From Azolla caroliniana (lineage: Eukaryota; Plantae; Polypodiophyta), in contig JBHGNT010000008.1 of NCBI GenBank assembly GCA_043228905.1, positions 14,260,001 to 14,324,000 on the forward strand: a stretch of DNA of 64,000 bases. Reading direction: 5' to 3'. The position numbers and the translations under genes were made by a program. The notes below the pieces were generated by a model that was given only the letters and a program-made list of their open reading frames with translations, had not been told where the DNA came from and did not search any database. Positions 1-13,405 of this stretch are shown here, piece after piece. Position 1 is the first letter of the stretch, and each line of letters starts with the position of its first letter.

Positions 1-156
1 ACTAGAACGAGAAACAGAGCAGTAAAAGGAAGCAAACAAATAGATGCCAGAGGAAAGAACAGGACAAACTAGATATAGGTATATATCAGAGAAAAGAACA
101 AGTGAAAACAAGATAGATATAAGAGATAAATCAGAGTAGAAGTAGAAGAAGAAGCT

Positions 157-3100
157 ATGGAAGCTTCTTTCTTGTCACCTTCAGCTTCTCTGCTTGGTAT
201 ATCATCAAACAGAGCATTTGATACATGGAAACATCAGAAACCTTCCATGTCTATGTATGAGTTATCTTTTATTCATATTCATGGAAAGACAAGAAGCCGT
301 AGAAGAAGAAAAGAAGGAGCTGTGTTTTGCGAGAACACTCTAGAGGTGGAGGAAAAGACAGTAGAGAGAGAGGGATATGGTTTGTTCAAGAAACAATCCC
401 GAGGATCACCTTTCCCGTTTGGAGCGACATTCAAAGAGAATGGGGTGAACTTTGCAATTCATTCAAGTGCTGCCACTTCGGTCTCATTGTGTCTCTTCAC
501 TCCATCGGACTTGCAACTGGTACTTCCTCCATAACTCTTTCTTCTACTTTGAGCCTATGTATTTACCTGTGCATCGATGATGATGCTTTACCTATGTATG
601 CATTAGCATTGCATTGATCATACTATGTGACTTATGGGTCAAATTAATTAGTCTGTATAGCAATTTGCTTAAATGTACAATCTTTATGCATCTGATGAGA
701 GGACACAGATTTAAGCATCAATCTTGGATTAAAGCTAGAAATGGGCCCAATAAGTAATTCATGAATTAACTGTGCTCTGGAGTATGGGGTTATGTTAATG
801 GCATTCTGTGAACTATGCAGTAAGTGCTCCTAATAATTAAGTTCATAATCAGGATTGATTTTTATTGCACTTGGGGATGCTAATCTCTAAGATACTAAAC
901 CAAGAAGCTTACCAACAAAGTGCAATATTGTTGCAACTTATGCCTTCTATCTTTTGTCATATACAGGGCCAAGTTGCGGCAGAGATACTGCTACATCCAC
1001 AAATGAACAAAACTGGGGATGTATGGCATATTCATCTATCTAACACTGTAGATGGTTTGCTCTATGGATACAAAATAGATGGACCGTTTCTACCTCAAAG
1101 TGGCCATAGATACAATCTGAATTGTGTCTTGATTGATCCTTATGCTAAGGTATTGGAAGATTTTGTTCATATTTGTATGAATCCTGATCTCCGTTTGGCA
1201 TATCATACAGTATCTTATTGCCATATCTTTTTATGCAAGCAAGGCTGTTATAAGCAGGGAAACTTTTGGTGTCCCAAGCTCTAATGGCAATTGCTGGCCA
1301 CAAATGGGTGGCATGATTCCACGTGAAATCGAGGTATTTCACTTTCTAGCATAATCAATCAGTTTTATAAAATCTCATTGCACTTCTACCATCTTTTGGG
1401 TTCTGTTTATGTCTAGTAGATGCCAAAGTAAGGGAAGTATGGATGTCAATTTCTTACTCAAAGATACATTATTTTGTTAGATTATTTAAGATTGATTTAG
1501 AGAGAAGAAAAGTGTTGCAAACAGACCCAAGTGATCTTATACACTCATAGATAGTGGAAGAAATGGATTAAAGCGGTGAGATGTGGAACAACAGGGTTCA
1601 GATTAAAGCTTTCTCTGGTATTTCCTGGTATGCAGACGAAAATGTTTTGTATCCAGATACAGTTAGGAACTTCAACACTGACATTGAGCTCCATCTTTGT
1701 TTTTTTCGAGTCGGAAAGAACTTAAAACGTAGTGGCCACACATTTAACAGAAACATTCTAAAAGAAAAAGCTCACCATGTTGTTATATCATGATACTACT
1801 GCACATGATCCACGAGAAGAGCATGTTAAAATCTTGATTCTTACTCCTCCCAAATCACTATCAGAGGATGACTAAGGCCTCCCTTATATACATAGATCAC
1901 CTAGTGCATAGTGGAAACTTGTCTGCCACTTGGTGGAAGCCTATGCATGCTCTTGATTTATACTCTAACCCTTCATTAATCCAACTGAACCCCATCACCA
2001 ATGTGCATTTATACAAGTGTACATGTACGATGAACTACCACATCATACACATTATGATTACTCTGCCTATCAGCGTTTTTACCTGCCGAAGTCCTCAACC
2101 TCTTGTATGCAAGAAAGTAGTGGCTCAATATTCTTATTAAATTCTATTTCTTCAACCTAAAATGCATGTGAAAGCTCTTGTATGTAAGAAAGCAGTGGCT
2201 CAATGTTCTTATTAAATTCTATTTCTTCAACCTAAAATGCATGTGAAAGCTTTTGGAGGAATGTGAGAAATGGTTGACCTTAATGCCCAAACATGTACGT
2301 ATATCTTTTTACTTGGCAAGTAGTTAATTTGATTCCGGAAAAAACATCTTGTTGATGCAACAATAATATCACGATATAGCATTTTAACTAGACAAATTTA
2401 TCTTGTCAAAAAGGGTCTCCTGTATAGTGGCATAAGGACTGCAAGGGGAAGCTATATCTGCTTCTGAAAGGATTCAGTTTATTTTCTTTGAGCACAAATA
2501 TACTAAGAGAAAGTTTGAGATTAACAAGAGCTAGCTTGTCATTACTGGTTATAGGCACAAAAGAAAAGTGAGAATGTCTGTATGAAGGTTTATGATATCT
2601 ACACTCATTGCAAAACCTCTCGATTACCATATTATCAAAAATAGTGCCTGACCAAGTATCACAACTGTCTTCAGATACCATGGCTGATAGTAGCAATCGG
2701 CAACGGTTCGGTTTGAACTGAACCGAACCATGAAATGCGGCTTAACGGTTTCAACGGTTTGGTTTCAATAGTCAGAAACTGCAGTTTAAATGGTTTACCA
2801 GTTTTTTATTTTTTAAAATTTTTAAAATTTTTTACAAAATTGTTTTTAAACAATCTTTTCATTTTTAGACCTTATTCTCACATTTTAGGAACATCTTAAA
2901 AATTTTAAAATTTTAAAATATGAAATATTATAAATTTTAAAATTTGACCTATGTTGAAAACCGAAACCGAACCGCGAAACCGCGGTTTTACGGTTTAAAA
3001 AAGTTTAACAGTTTTGTGGTTCGGTTCGGTTTGGACCCTCTCAAACCGAACTGAACCGTTGCCGATTGTTAGCTGATAGGTTTAATAGCCTAGTTAATTA

Positions 3101-6100
3101 AGCTTTGCATATTATTATGTGCTTATGATGATGAGTAATTTTACTGCTGCAGTTGGACAGGAGTATTGCTTTCATGATTTGTTCTGGGCTAGTTTTTTCT
3201 TCATAGTGTTTCAAATTAATGCATATGAGCATCTAGGACCTGTAAGTCATAAATCTAGCAGTCTCATCAGAGGATTTCTAGTATGAGTACTTTATTTTAG
3301 AAATTTGTACTATTTCATTTTTTAATCTGGGTATTTATAACTACCTACCCCTTTTCTTGCCTCATTGCTCTTTTGTTTTCGTTTTTGATGTAGACTTTCG
3401 ATTGGGAAGGAGATGTACCTCCTGGTATCCAGCAGAAAGATCTCATAATTTACGAACTTCATGTTCGTGGGTTTACGCGTCACAAGTCTAGCAATGTTCA
3501 ACACCCAGGAACGTACTCTGGATTAATAGAAAAACTAAAATACATCAAGGTTTTCTCAAAATTATATATTTTGTTTTGTTGACCTAAACAATGAGTTTCA
3601 ATTCTGATGTTCTTACCTGGAATGTTTCTTGGCAGGAACTGGGAATTAATGCGATTGAGTTGATGCCATGTCATGAGTTTAATGAGCTTGAATACTACTC
3701 ATACAATTCCATAATGGGTGATTACAAGTAAAGTTTTAAAACCTTCGTTTCTTGTTTCTGAAGCATGATAACTTCTGTGTACATGCTAATGAGAGAATAC
3801 CATTTGCAGAATGAACTTCTGGGGTTACTCATCTGTAAATTTCTTTTCGCCCATGATACGTTATGCAGCAGCTGGACACAATGATTGTGGTTTAAAGGCT
3901 ATCAATGAATTCAAGTTACTTGTTCGAGAAGCTCATAAGCTCAAAATAGAGGTACAAATGTTTGCCAGTTTTGCATGGTTAGGAATCAGCGTTAACATTG
4001 TGATAATAACCTTTTACAGTCTTTCGCTATCAATCAGTGGGTCTATTTCAGTTCAGAAATTGCATCGGAAGGCATCTGTGCAATTGTTATTTTTACTTCT
4101 TCAGATGTGTCACTGATGCATCTAATTATAGTTGCATCACCCAAAAATGATATATGCCAAATTAATAGCATGCCATTAGATGCAAATGTCTCATTCCTAG
4201 ATGTTTTCTTTTGACAAATTTAAGCAGGTGCTCAGTCCTTGATGAATTCTGATAGCATAGTCATATAATGGTATTCACCAAACATGTTTTGAGCACATGT
4301 TTAGTATCATCGAAATCTTATAGTTTTGATTTAAGGTAGTACACATTTATTATGGTGAACTTAGCCATGACATTTATCAAGCATGTGTTAAGCTCAACAT
4401 CTTCAGTAAAATATGAAAATTCTATTGTTTTTGGTTGAACAGTCTCCAGAGTCAGTCTCACTTTATAGCTAGAGTGTCTTTTGTAAAGTTTCCGTCATCC
4501 TCAAATTCCCTACTCTCATGCTTTTAATCTAAAGACATGTTATTAGGATCAGCAACAACCTTAAGAGTCATTGCTTTGAAGCGCACACATAGCTTCCACC
4601 TTTAAACAAAACCAATTAGAAAAGCCACAGATCTAAAGCTTGGAGTCCCTGCTGGTACTTCCTTTTATATGATTAATGAAAAGTAGAATCTCCAACAGAT
4701 AATAAACATTTGTTCTGAGAAACAGCAAATTGGAGATTCTTATGCATGGAGATTAGGTAGGAAGATGCTGTTTTCCAGCAAAAGCCCTACTTCCGGAAAC
4801 CGTAATCTACAAAAATCCTAATTTCAGATCAGTGAAAACCTTAATTCAGCAAATACCAGATCAGGAACTCTAATCTATGCTGAAATACAAGAAGTCTGGA
4901 GAATAAGAAATTGGGCAGGAGTTTTTCTTTTGTAACTTTTCATTTTGTGTTTTTTTTCCCCAAATGTTTTTCCTTTTTGTTAGTGGAATTTTGGTGAGAA
5001 AAGTAATTATAGCTGAGTAATATTCTTCCCTCATGCTAGAATGAAACTTGTGCTATGTATTATGTCAGGTGTTTATGGATGTTGTATTTAACCATACCGC
5101 TGAAGGGAATGAAATGGGGCCAACATTGTCCTTCAGAGGTCTTGATAATTCAGTGTTCTACATGATTGCCCCGCAGGTAATAAAATGGTATATAAAACTT
5201 TGTCCGTGATTTCATTGGAATTGAATGAAGTGAAATTTCATTGTGCCATTTATCTTATTGCCACAACTGAGTTGTCCTTATTTACATTAAACTCCACATT
5301 TCTATGCTGCATTGCACTTCGTTTTGTATTTACAATAGACCCTACATTACTACGATACATTGCACCTAATGATATTCACATATCCTAAAAATTGATGAAT
5401 GCTATGTGAATGCTTTCCTCTTCATGATATGATAATTTGTGCTCAATAAAAGGAACATTGGTTTGTGATTAAGCGATCATAGTGTGATCATACTTTGTAG
5501 AATAAGATTAGGCTTGTCATGTTTAATACTTGTAGACCTTTGTTTCTAATAAGTTATTTTGGCCTTGCTAGCTGAAATAAAAACAGAAGTTCGTATGTAA
5601 AGGAATTTGCAGTTCTATAAAATCAAGGATTATTTTGTAAAGAAAAACACAACTTTTGGTGGTTTCTTATTTTCTCATGAAAAATGTTGTGTATTGAATG
5701 AAGCTCAAATTAAGGATAAAATTGGTCATAAGGAATTTGTTCTCATACTATATTAATAGCTACAAAACACAATTTGTTGTATATCATAAACTAATACATA
5801 GTTCTGGCTTCTTCCAGGGTGAATTTTATAATTACTCTGGCTGTGGCAACACTTTAAATTGCAACAATCCTATAGTTCGCCGATTCATTGTGGATTGTTT
5901 AAGGTGTGTATAAATGCTTGTTAAACTATTCTGAAGTATCTTTTATTCCTAAAATGTATTCAATATTCTATGATACCCTATTGTCATAGAACTCTGCACG
6001 TTGTTTTACTTTGGAAGGTAGATGGGGGCTGATTTTGGGTGACTGGGTCATTTAGATTATCAGGTTTTTTTTGTTCCCAAAAGTACATGGAGGATAGCTA

Positions 6101-9100
6101 TATAATCTCTGTAAAAAGAATTCCAATATTACAGCTTTTTAAAAACTTCAAACTACTCTTACGAAATTCAATTGGAAAGGAGTTTTGATAGATACAGTTA
6201 AATTTTCAGCATCAATCATATCAATCATTCGATTGCTTATCCCTAGAATATATAAGGGTGCGTTGGAGGAATCTGAACATGATTTGGAGGGAATTGTAGC
6301 AGTTCTAAAGGGTTTCTTTATCTGCTAATCAAACATTCACTATCAATTCTTGGTTTCATTATTCTCTTGATTTCAATATTTTTTATTATAATGGAGATCA
6401 ACGTGTTTGTGTTTTTCAAATGCTTCTTCATTTAGAGTTTTGAGCTCAATGTTTTCCTTATGCATTTGTAAGATTAAATTTTACTTTTATATCTTACAAA
6501 TGAATCTGGATTTTATGCGGATTGAGTCTCGACAATAGATTATTAATTGAGTTCTGATTGTCTTTGGAATCTGGGTTTTATCTGGATGATGGAGAGAAGG
6601 GTGAAGGGAAAATATCTAAAGTTGGTAGAGCTCATGACATGATGAGGCCATCATAGATAAAAAGTAACAAGTTTTTTGAAAGTTCTAAATACTAGATCTG
6701 TATGATGAAATACAAAACCCACAAAATTAAAGATTTTTATTCACATTTTAGTGAATCTCTTGACAAGCCAATCATAGATTCAGTCTTATTATTGTTTGAC
6801 AGTTTTAACGATGAAAGGAGACATTGATTGATAAACACATTTTATTGAATATTCTTTATTGAATTTCAAGAAAGGATTTGATTGTGTATTTTTCAGGTAC
6901 TGGGTGATAGAGATGCATGTTGATGGATTCCGTTTTGATTTGGCATCGATCCTTACTCGAGCTAGCAGGTAATCCTTGTCGTTTAAAGTTTTGAATGTGC
7001 CTAAGCAATGATAGTAGAAAACCTGATATGAACATATGCATTCTTAACTTCCCATTTCCCTTTACTTCAAACCGATAATTCTTGTTCATAGCACATGCAA
7101 GCACAGTAATAGAGTTATTTCCTGTTGTTCAGCCTTTGGGATGCAGCAAATGTATTTGGAACAAGGGAAGGATTGGATGGAGATTCTCTGACGACTGGAA
7201 GTCCTCTGGCTGAACCACCACTGATAGATATGATTAGCAATGATCCCGTGCTTTGTGGTGTTAAGGTTTTTTTAGCCAAAGATGCTTCTATCAGTATTGA
7301 TACTATAAAAATACTTCTACACATTATTGATGCTATGCAAATACACATTATTATGCAATATCCCAAATGTATGTTTAACAATATGACTGTTTCTTAACAG
7401 CTTATAGCTGAGCCGTGGGATTGTGGAGGGTTGTATCAAGTGGGTAATTTTCCACATTGGGGTTTATGGTCAGAATGGAATGGACAGGTGTGAACTTTGG
7501 AGAAAACAGCCAACATACATGTATGGGACTATATTTTCAATTTGCACCAATTAATTGTAAGAAAATGTTACAGTTCCGTGACACTGTTCGCCAATTCATA
7601 AAAGGAACTGATGGTGTTGCTGGTTCTTTCGCACACTCTCTTTGTGGATCTCCCCAGATTTATCAAGTAAACATTGAACCTACTCCCCTCCTGTGTGTGC
7701 TGGATATTGGTTTTCTGAACACTTTTTAGTACAGGATGGAGGTCGAAAACCATGGCATAGTGTGAACTTTGTGACTGCCCATGATGGCTTTTCGCTCGCA
7801 GATCTTGTTTCATATAACAGGAAGCACAATGTTGCCAATGGTGAAGATAACAATGATGGAGAGACACATAACAATAGCTGGAATTGTGGAGAGGTATGTA
7901 TATTTACAGAATTAGGGCCGAAATTTGAACATGTGATTAACTTCTTGAAAACATTAGGACTAAGAGAAAATGTTTATATGTTGCACACGTCCAAACCAAT
8001 TAATTGTGAAGACTTGATATAGGGATCTTAGAAAAATTCAAACACCGCTCGACTTCTTGAAAACATTAGGACTAAGAGAAAATGTTTGTATGTTGCACAC
8101 GTCCAAACCAATTAATTGTGAAGACTTGATATAGGGATCTTAGAAAAATTCAAACACCGCTCAATTTGGACTTGTATATGAAGATATTTATCCCGTTATT
8201 TTGACTATGGGTCTAATATAATATATTGACTCACTAGACAGCCATTCCATTTCCTCGTAATTATTCTTATTGATACTATGGGTCTAATATAATATATTGA
8301 CTCACTAGACAGCCATTCCATTTCCTCGTAATTATTCTTATTGATAAATGGAATGTAGAATATCCCTTTTTCCTTTAAAAAAATTCCTTTATGTTTTTTA
8401 TTTCTGTATCAATGTTCAGATCAATCAGCTATGATGGACACTGGATACTCAATATGTAATATGCTAACAAACTAAGCGAAGAATTGTTCATTTAATGTTC
8501 CTCTCTCTTCTTAGTGGTTGATATGGTGGTTGTATTTTCTGTTTTGGTTTGATGTTGTTTTGCAGGAAGGGGAGCTTGTAAGCCTTGGTGTGCAAAGCCT
8601 ACGACAAAGACAAATGCGGAACTTTGTTGTTGCTCTTGTCGTCTCTCAAGTGAGCCTTATGTTTATGAGTGCTTTCTCTATGTAAAATTAGAGGGTCATG
8701 GGTATCGTGCATCATGCTAGTGGGTGTTTCAATGCTCAGGATTTCCACTCTGTCCCAACACTCCAATGTGCCTCACGATTGCATAATAATTACATAATAA
8801 AAAAATTCAAAACTTTTGAGTGATCCACATATTAGGTTTCGTAAGAGGTGTTCATGGATTTCTTTTGTATTTGAGAATATTATTCATTTATTTGACGTTG
8901 AATGTATCAACCAGGGAGTCCCAATGATGACAATGGGTGATGAATATGCTCACACTAAAGGGGGAAATAACAACACATATTGTCATGATAGTGCGGTATG
9001 ATTTCTTTCGTATTTAAGGTAAGAACACCATAATTTCCGGTGATGGAATCATTTGTGTTTATCTTCTATTACAGATAAATTATTTCAGGTGGGACAAGCA

Positions 9101-12100
9101 AGAAGTGGATAAATCTGGATTTTATCGCTTCTCGAAATTATTACTGAATTTTCGCAGGTGTAAATAACATGTTACATTTAATTTTGAATATGTGCATGTG
9201 CATGAGTATATGCATATGTGTATGCAAATACATATGCATATACACATATACAAACATGCACATGCACATCCATATATATATGCCCATCAATACTCCATAA
9301 TAACTATCTATATGCATACTGACAAGATATAAACATCAATATGCATAATACTCATAGGTATGTGCATTTGTATCCATATGTATCATATTCATTATATGTA
9401 TGCATATGATTATCCATGTGTACCATATGCTCGTGACTAACTACTACCAAATATTTAAGAGGGCAAGTGAGGGAATCACGGAGAGGGACGGTGCAAGTCG
9501 CACTGCTGATGGCGCGTTCGATCTCCATCGTCCAAGATGGATAAAAAGCTGACAGCGTTTGTCACCAGGAGCCCGACTCTGTCAAAAGGAGCCCCGTTGT
9601 CAGACAGCCTTTGTAAGCAGGAGCTCGACTCTGTCAGAAGGAGCCCCTCTGTTTGACAACATCAGTAAGAAGGAGCCCGACTCTGTCAAAAGGAGCCCCG
9701 ATGTTTGACAACCTCTGTCATCAGGAGCCCGACCGACTCATGGACGGAGCCTGACTTAAAAACAAACATCAAAAACTCCAAAAAATGGTAAGTGTACAAC
9801 ACATATTTGCCATGAAAATGATCATAAAATTTCTCAAAAAAACCTAAAGATTCAAATAACAAGTCTTACATAAAATATTAAAACATCAAATGTTGACAAC
9901 CCTAAAATGAAATATGAATATACATGTTACATATTAAGATTATGGCTCATGTCGGCCTGATTGCAAGATGCAACCACAATTTTTACAATATGTAACATTC
10001 GAGTCCCTTGACCAAGGTCAAGCCATTGACACGCAGACACCGACACAGATACTGCCTTGAGAGGAAGAATAAACCGATCAATTATTGACCTTCTACATGT
10101 CTTAATCAAGGACAGTGAAATTGGCACTTGCATAGGAGGAACGATAATAGAGTGGTACAAGCAACGACAAGAAATATGTGAGAGTGGTCGGTTTGCACCC
10201 CGTGCGAATTGTAGGGATCAAAGGTCCTGACTTAAAGAAGCGGAGAGAATATTGGAAAGGTATGTCGACAATACTTCCACAATGGAAATTGTCGACGAGG
10301 CCCGATATTGGTTTAGAATCTTTAGCATGAAGACTCCCACTCTATGGTATAATGTCTCACTCCAATGCTCATATTGTGATTCCCAAGACATTGCGAGTAA
10401 ATGTAAGCATTTACTCAATATCCGAATGATTATTGAGAGGCATATGCCACATTTATATGGCTCATTGCCTTTTATAGATCACGCGACCCAAATGCGAATG
10501 GACCATAATACAGAAATAGAAGTGGAGGTAGAGGTAGAACAAGTCGAGGAGACAAACCCCACAATATCCGAGATTGAATCATTCAAGTCCAAAATACAAA
10601 CGGTCGTGAAACCACTTCAATGTCTCGAGCAAGGGTTAGGAACCTTCGACCGTGCAACTATTGTCGAAGGTATACAAACATTGGAAGATGTGGTTGAGAA
10701 GGTGTATCGTGTTGGTGCACCAAAATCAACCAATGAAGAAGATGGTAGATCAATAAGTCGCAACCAACAAATCGGTGCCAAATGAAATGCAACAATAGAC
10801 ATCTCGCAAGAACTTATTGGCAGCTCCCCAAACACTTCGAAATCCCACTCCGAAAAACTACATAGAGGTGCAAGTCAGGCTAGGAGGCGATTGCCAATAT
10901 GTAACCGTGAGAAGGTTGTGTCTGCGTGTCGATGGCTTGACCTTGACTTCAAGGGATTCGAATGTTACATGTTGTAAAAATTGTGGTTGCATCTTGCAAT
11001 CATCCCGCATGAGCCATAATCTTAATATGTAACGTGTATATTCATATTTCATTTTAGGGTTGTCAACATTTGATGTTTTAATATTTTATGTAAGACTTGT
11101 TTTTTGAACCTTTAGGTTTTTTTGAGAAATTTTATGATCATTTTCATGGCAAATATTTGTTGTACACTTAACATTTTTTGGAGTTTTTGATGTTTGTTTT
11201 TAAGTCAGGCTCTTTCCCTGAGTCGGTCGGGCTCCTGATGATAGAGGTTGTCAAACATCGGGGCTCCTTTTGACAGAGTCGGGCTCCTTCTTACTGATGT
11301 TGTCAGACAGAGGGGCTCCTTCTGACAGAGTTGGGCTCATGCTTACAGAGGCTGTCTGACAGTGGGGCTCCTTATGACAGAGTCGGGCTCCTGGTGACAG
11401 ACGCTGTCAGCTTTTTATCCATCTTGGACGGTGGAGATCGAACGCGCCATCAGCGGTGCGACCTGCACCGTCCCTCTCCGCGATTCCCTCACTTGCCCTC
11501 TTAAATATTTGGCAGTAGTTAGTCACGAGCATATCCATCTACATGCATCATGTTCATTTACATATAGCTTTTTGGAGACAAATTGATAGTGTCTAGCTAA
11601 GGTGGAATTGGGCTATCTGTAGAAAATGCGAGGCATTTGGTTTGTCTGAATTCCCAACAGAAGAGAGCCTTCAATGGCATGGGCATTCCCCTGATGCCCC
11701 AGATTGGACTGACAAAAGCCGATTTGTTGCATTCACAGTTGTAAGTCATTCTATTTTATTGCTAGCTTAAAAATTTGTGTTTTGCATAGTTCCTTTCCAT
11801 ATAAAAACTGCCCAAGGACATTTCTTTAACAGTTGTGAGTCACACCATTATCTATATATACCAAAATGTGGTGTTGCATGTTGTGTTCATTTGGCAAAAT
11901 AACTGCCATTGTTATGATGATCGAAAACAATTACCAAAAAGCTGTCATTCAAATGTTGAAAATGAGCAAATTACCATTTCTGTTTTGATATATGTTGTCC
12001 TCAAAATATTTTCTTTTAACATACATAAATCTTATTCATTGTTTCTCAGCGAGATGCAAAGTATAAGGAGCTTTATGTCGCATTCAACACAAGCCATCTT

Positions 12101-12322
12101 TCTATCATCATTTCTCTACCTGGAAGGGAAGGGTCGAGGTGGCAGCCATTAGTTGATACCAGCAAAGTTGCACCATATGATTTCTTGTCGGAAGAAGATA
12201 TTACAGAGAGAGAGAGAACTATAGCAGTTGCTCAATTCAGCCATTTTGTTAACAGCAACATTTATCCCATGGCAAGCTATTCTTCAATCATTCTCACGCT
12301 TGTACCCGAAGGCGAACAATAA
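157..12322 (+). CDS. ISA1: Isoamylase 1-type starch debranching enzyme (GH13), 18 exons, ~800 aa, probable plastid transit peptide
   Basis: GT-AG exons spliced by hand: 157-519, 967-1149, 1244-1333, 3394-3549, 3636-3727, 3810-3951, 5069-5176, 5818-5903, 6897-6968, 7133-7265, 7401-7487, 7574-7666, 7735-7893, 8566-8649, 8915-8995, 9075-9157, 11623-11740, 12050-12322 (2403 nt, in frame, ends TAA). Motifs: [42 protein letters not shown], catalytic [13 protein letters not shown] and [28 protein letters not shown] (ISA1-like). Confidence 0.93.
2100..2249. repeat. 75-bp tandem duplication in ISA1 intron 3
   Basis: 2100-2174 and 2175-2249 are identical except for 3 substitutions. Confidence 0.9.
2691..3071. 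mobile_element. hAT-type MITE in ISA1 intron 3
   Basis: TIRs TAGCAATCGGCAACGGTTC / GAACCGTTGCCGATTGTTA (1 mismatch); perfect 8-bp TSD GCTGATAG (2683-2690, 3072-3079); subterminal AACCG/CGGTT repeats; AT-rich core. Confidence 0.9.
7940..8162. repeat. 112-bp tandem duplication in ISA1 intron 13
   Basis: 7940-8051 and 8052-8162 are nearly identical. Confidence 0.9.
8204..8345. repeat. 71-bp tandem duplication in ISA1 intron 13
   Basis: 8204-8274 is repeated at 8275-8345. Confidence 0.9.
9429..11530 (+). mobile_element. Long-TIR (foldback) DNA transposon derivative, Mutator-like, in ISA1 intron 16
   Basis: Inverted repeats of ~610 bp (9429-10040 / 10918-11530) with termini GCTCGTGACTAAC...GTTAGTCACGAGC. 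ATAT flanks both ends. A ~51-bp tandem AGGAGCCC-rich subrepeat lies inside each TIR. The centre encodes a SWIM-finger fragment. Confidence 0.85.
10042..10785 (+). pseudogene. C-terminal fragment of a MULE-type transposase with degenerate SWIM zinc finger
   Basis: Frame reads [17 protein letters not shown] (resembles the post-catalytic MULE helix), has an internal TGA at 10228, then [24 protein letters not shown] (SWIM CxC..CxH with C>S). No DDE core visible. Confidence 0.6.
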
Positions 12323-12890
12323 GTGCAAAACCTCAGTATGTTTTCATGTAAAAAAAGCTGTGATCCACAAAGAAAGAAAAAGCACAATACCTTGGTATAT
12401 TTTTTATTCATGTCAAAGAGGCTATGTACATATTATTGTAAAAGAAAGTTCTATTCTTCCAATCGTTCAGTATTTTAATCTATAGCACTTACAAAGGCCT
12501 TGTATGCGAGAATAAAAAGCTAAAGCAGAAGTTGAGAGCATTGTAATTTCAGTAAATTCTTTCAACTATCTGTAAAAAAAAGGCTAGTAAGCCTCGAATG
12601 CATAAAAAAAGTGAACAGCATTGTCATTTTGGTACTAGTTTTGTTTTGTTTTCTCAATTTTTGTTTTGTTTCATTTGTTCAAAAACTACTTCAATCTTCT
12701 AACCAGAGACTTTTATTTTGATCATCTATACGGTCTTCAATTTAGCAGGAAACAAAAGAGCATAGCACTTCATCAACTCACAAAAAGAGACCAAGGTTTT
12801 CTGTTGGCATTTGTAATAATGATGTGCAATTTCTTCACTTCCACCTATCTATGACAAAATGTAGCTTAGTAATGTAGTAGATATGGTGAC

Positions 12891-13405
12891 TAGCAATGGG
12901 CTTGGTTTGGTTTGTTTGCCTTGAAACTGTTTAGGAACTCTCAAGCAATTTAAACAAACCCATTTAAGAAGAGGTACACCAAACCATTTAAACCAAAACT
13001 GTTTATGGAAAAGTTGAAACCAAACAGAAACATTGAATAAAAAATTTAAACTTAACCACTTAAGTCAAACTAATTAAAAAACAAAATAAATAAAAACACA
13101 TTAAATTAAATAAATATTTAAGTTAAATATATTAAAATTTAAATCAATAAAAAGTATTAATTAAATTATTAAATTATTAAATTAATAAAAAACATTAATT
13201 AAACCATTAAATTAATAAACCATTAAGTGGGAAAAGAAAGTTCACCAAAAACCTTTTAAACTGATAAACTTGAGTTTTAGAACCAACCAAATTAAAATTG
13301 AACCGTTTATTTATAACCCAAACCAAACTATTAAAGTTTTTTGGAACTGATAAACCATGGCTTAATGGTTCGGTTTAGTTTGAGTGGAAGTCGGGCCCAT
13401 GGCTA
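12891..13405. mobile_element. hAT-type MITE downstream of ISA1
   Basis: TIRs TAGCAATGGGC / GCCCATGGCTA; perfect 8-bp TSD ATGGTGAC (12883-12890, 13406-13413); AAACC subterminal repeats; very AT-rich core. Confidence 0.85.

Noticed and set aside
1440-2680. Possible LINE or other TE remnant in ISA1 intron 3
   Set aside because: No convincing motif, terminus or TSD found by eye.
9567-9735. Regularly spaced repeats resembling a CRISPR array
   Set aside because: The intervening sequences are similar to each other, the array is mirrored in the opposite TIR, the context is a eukaryotic intron and there are no cas genes.
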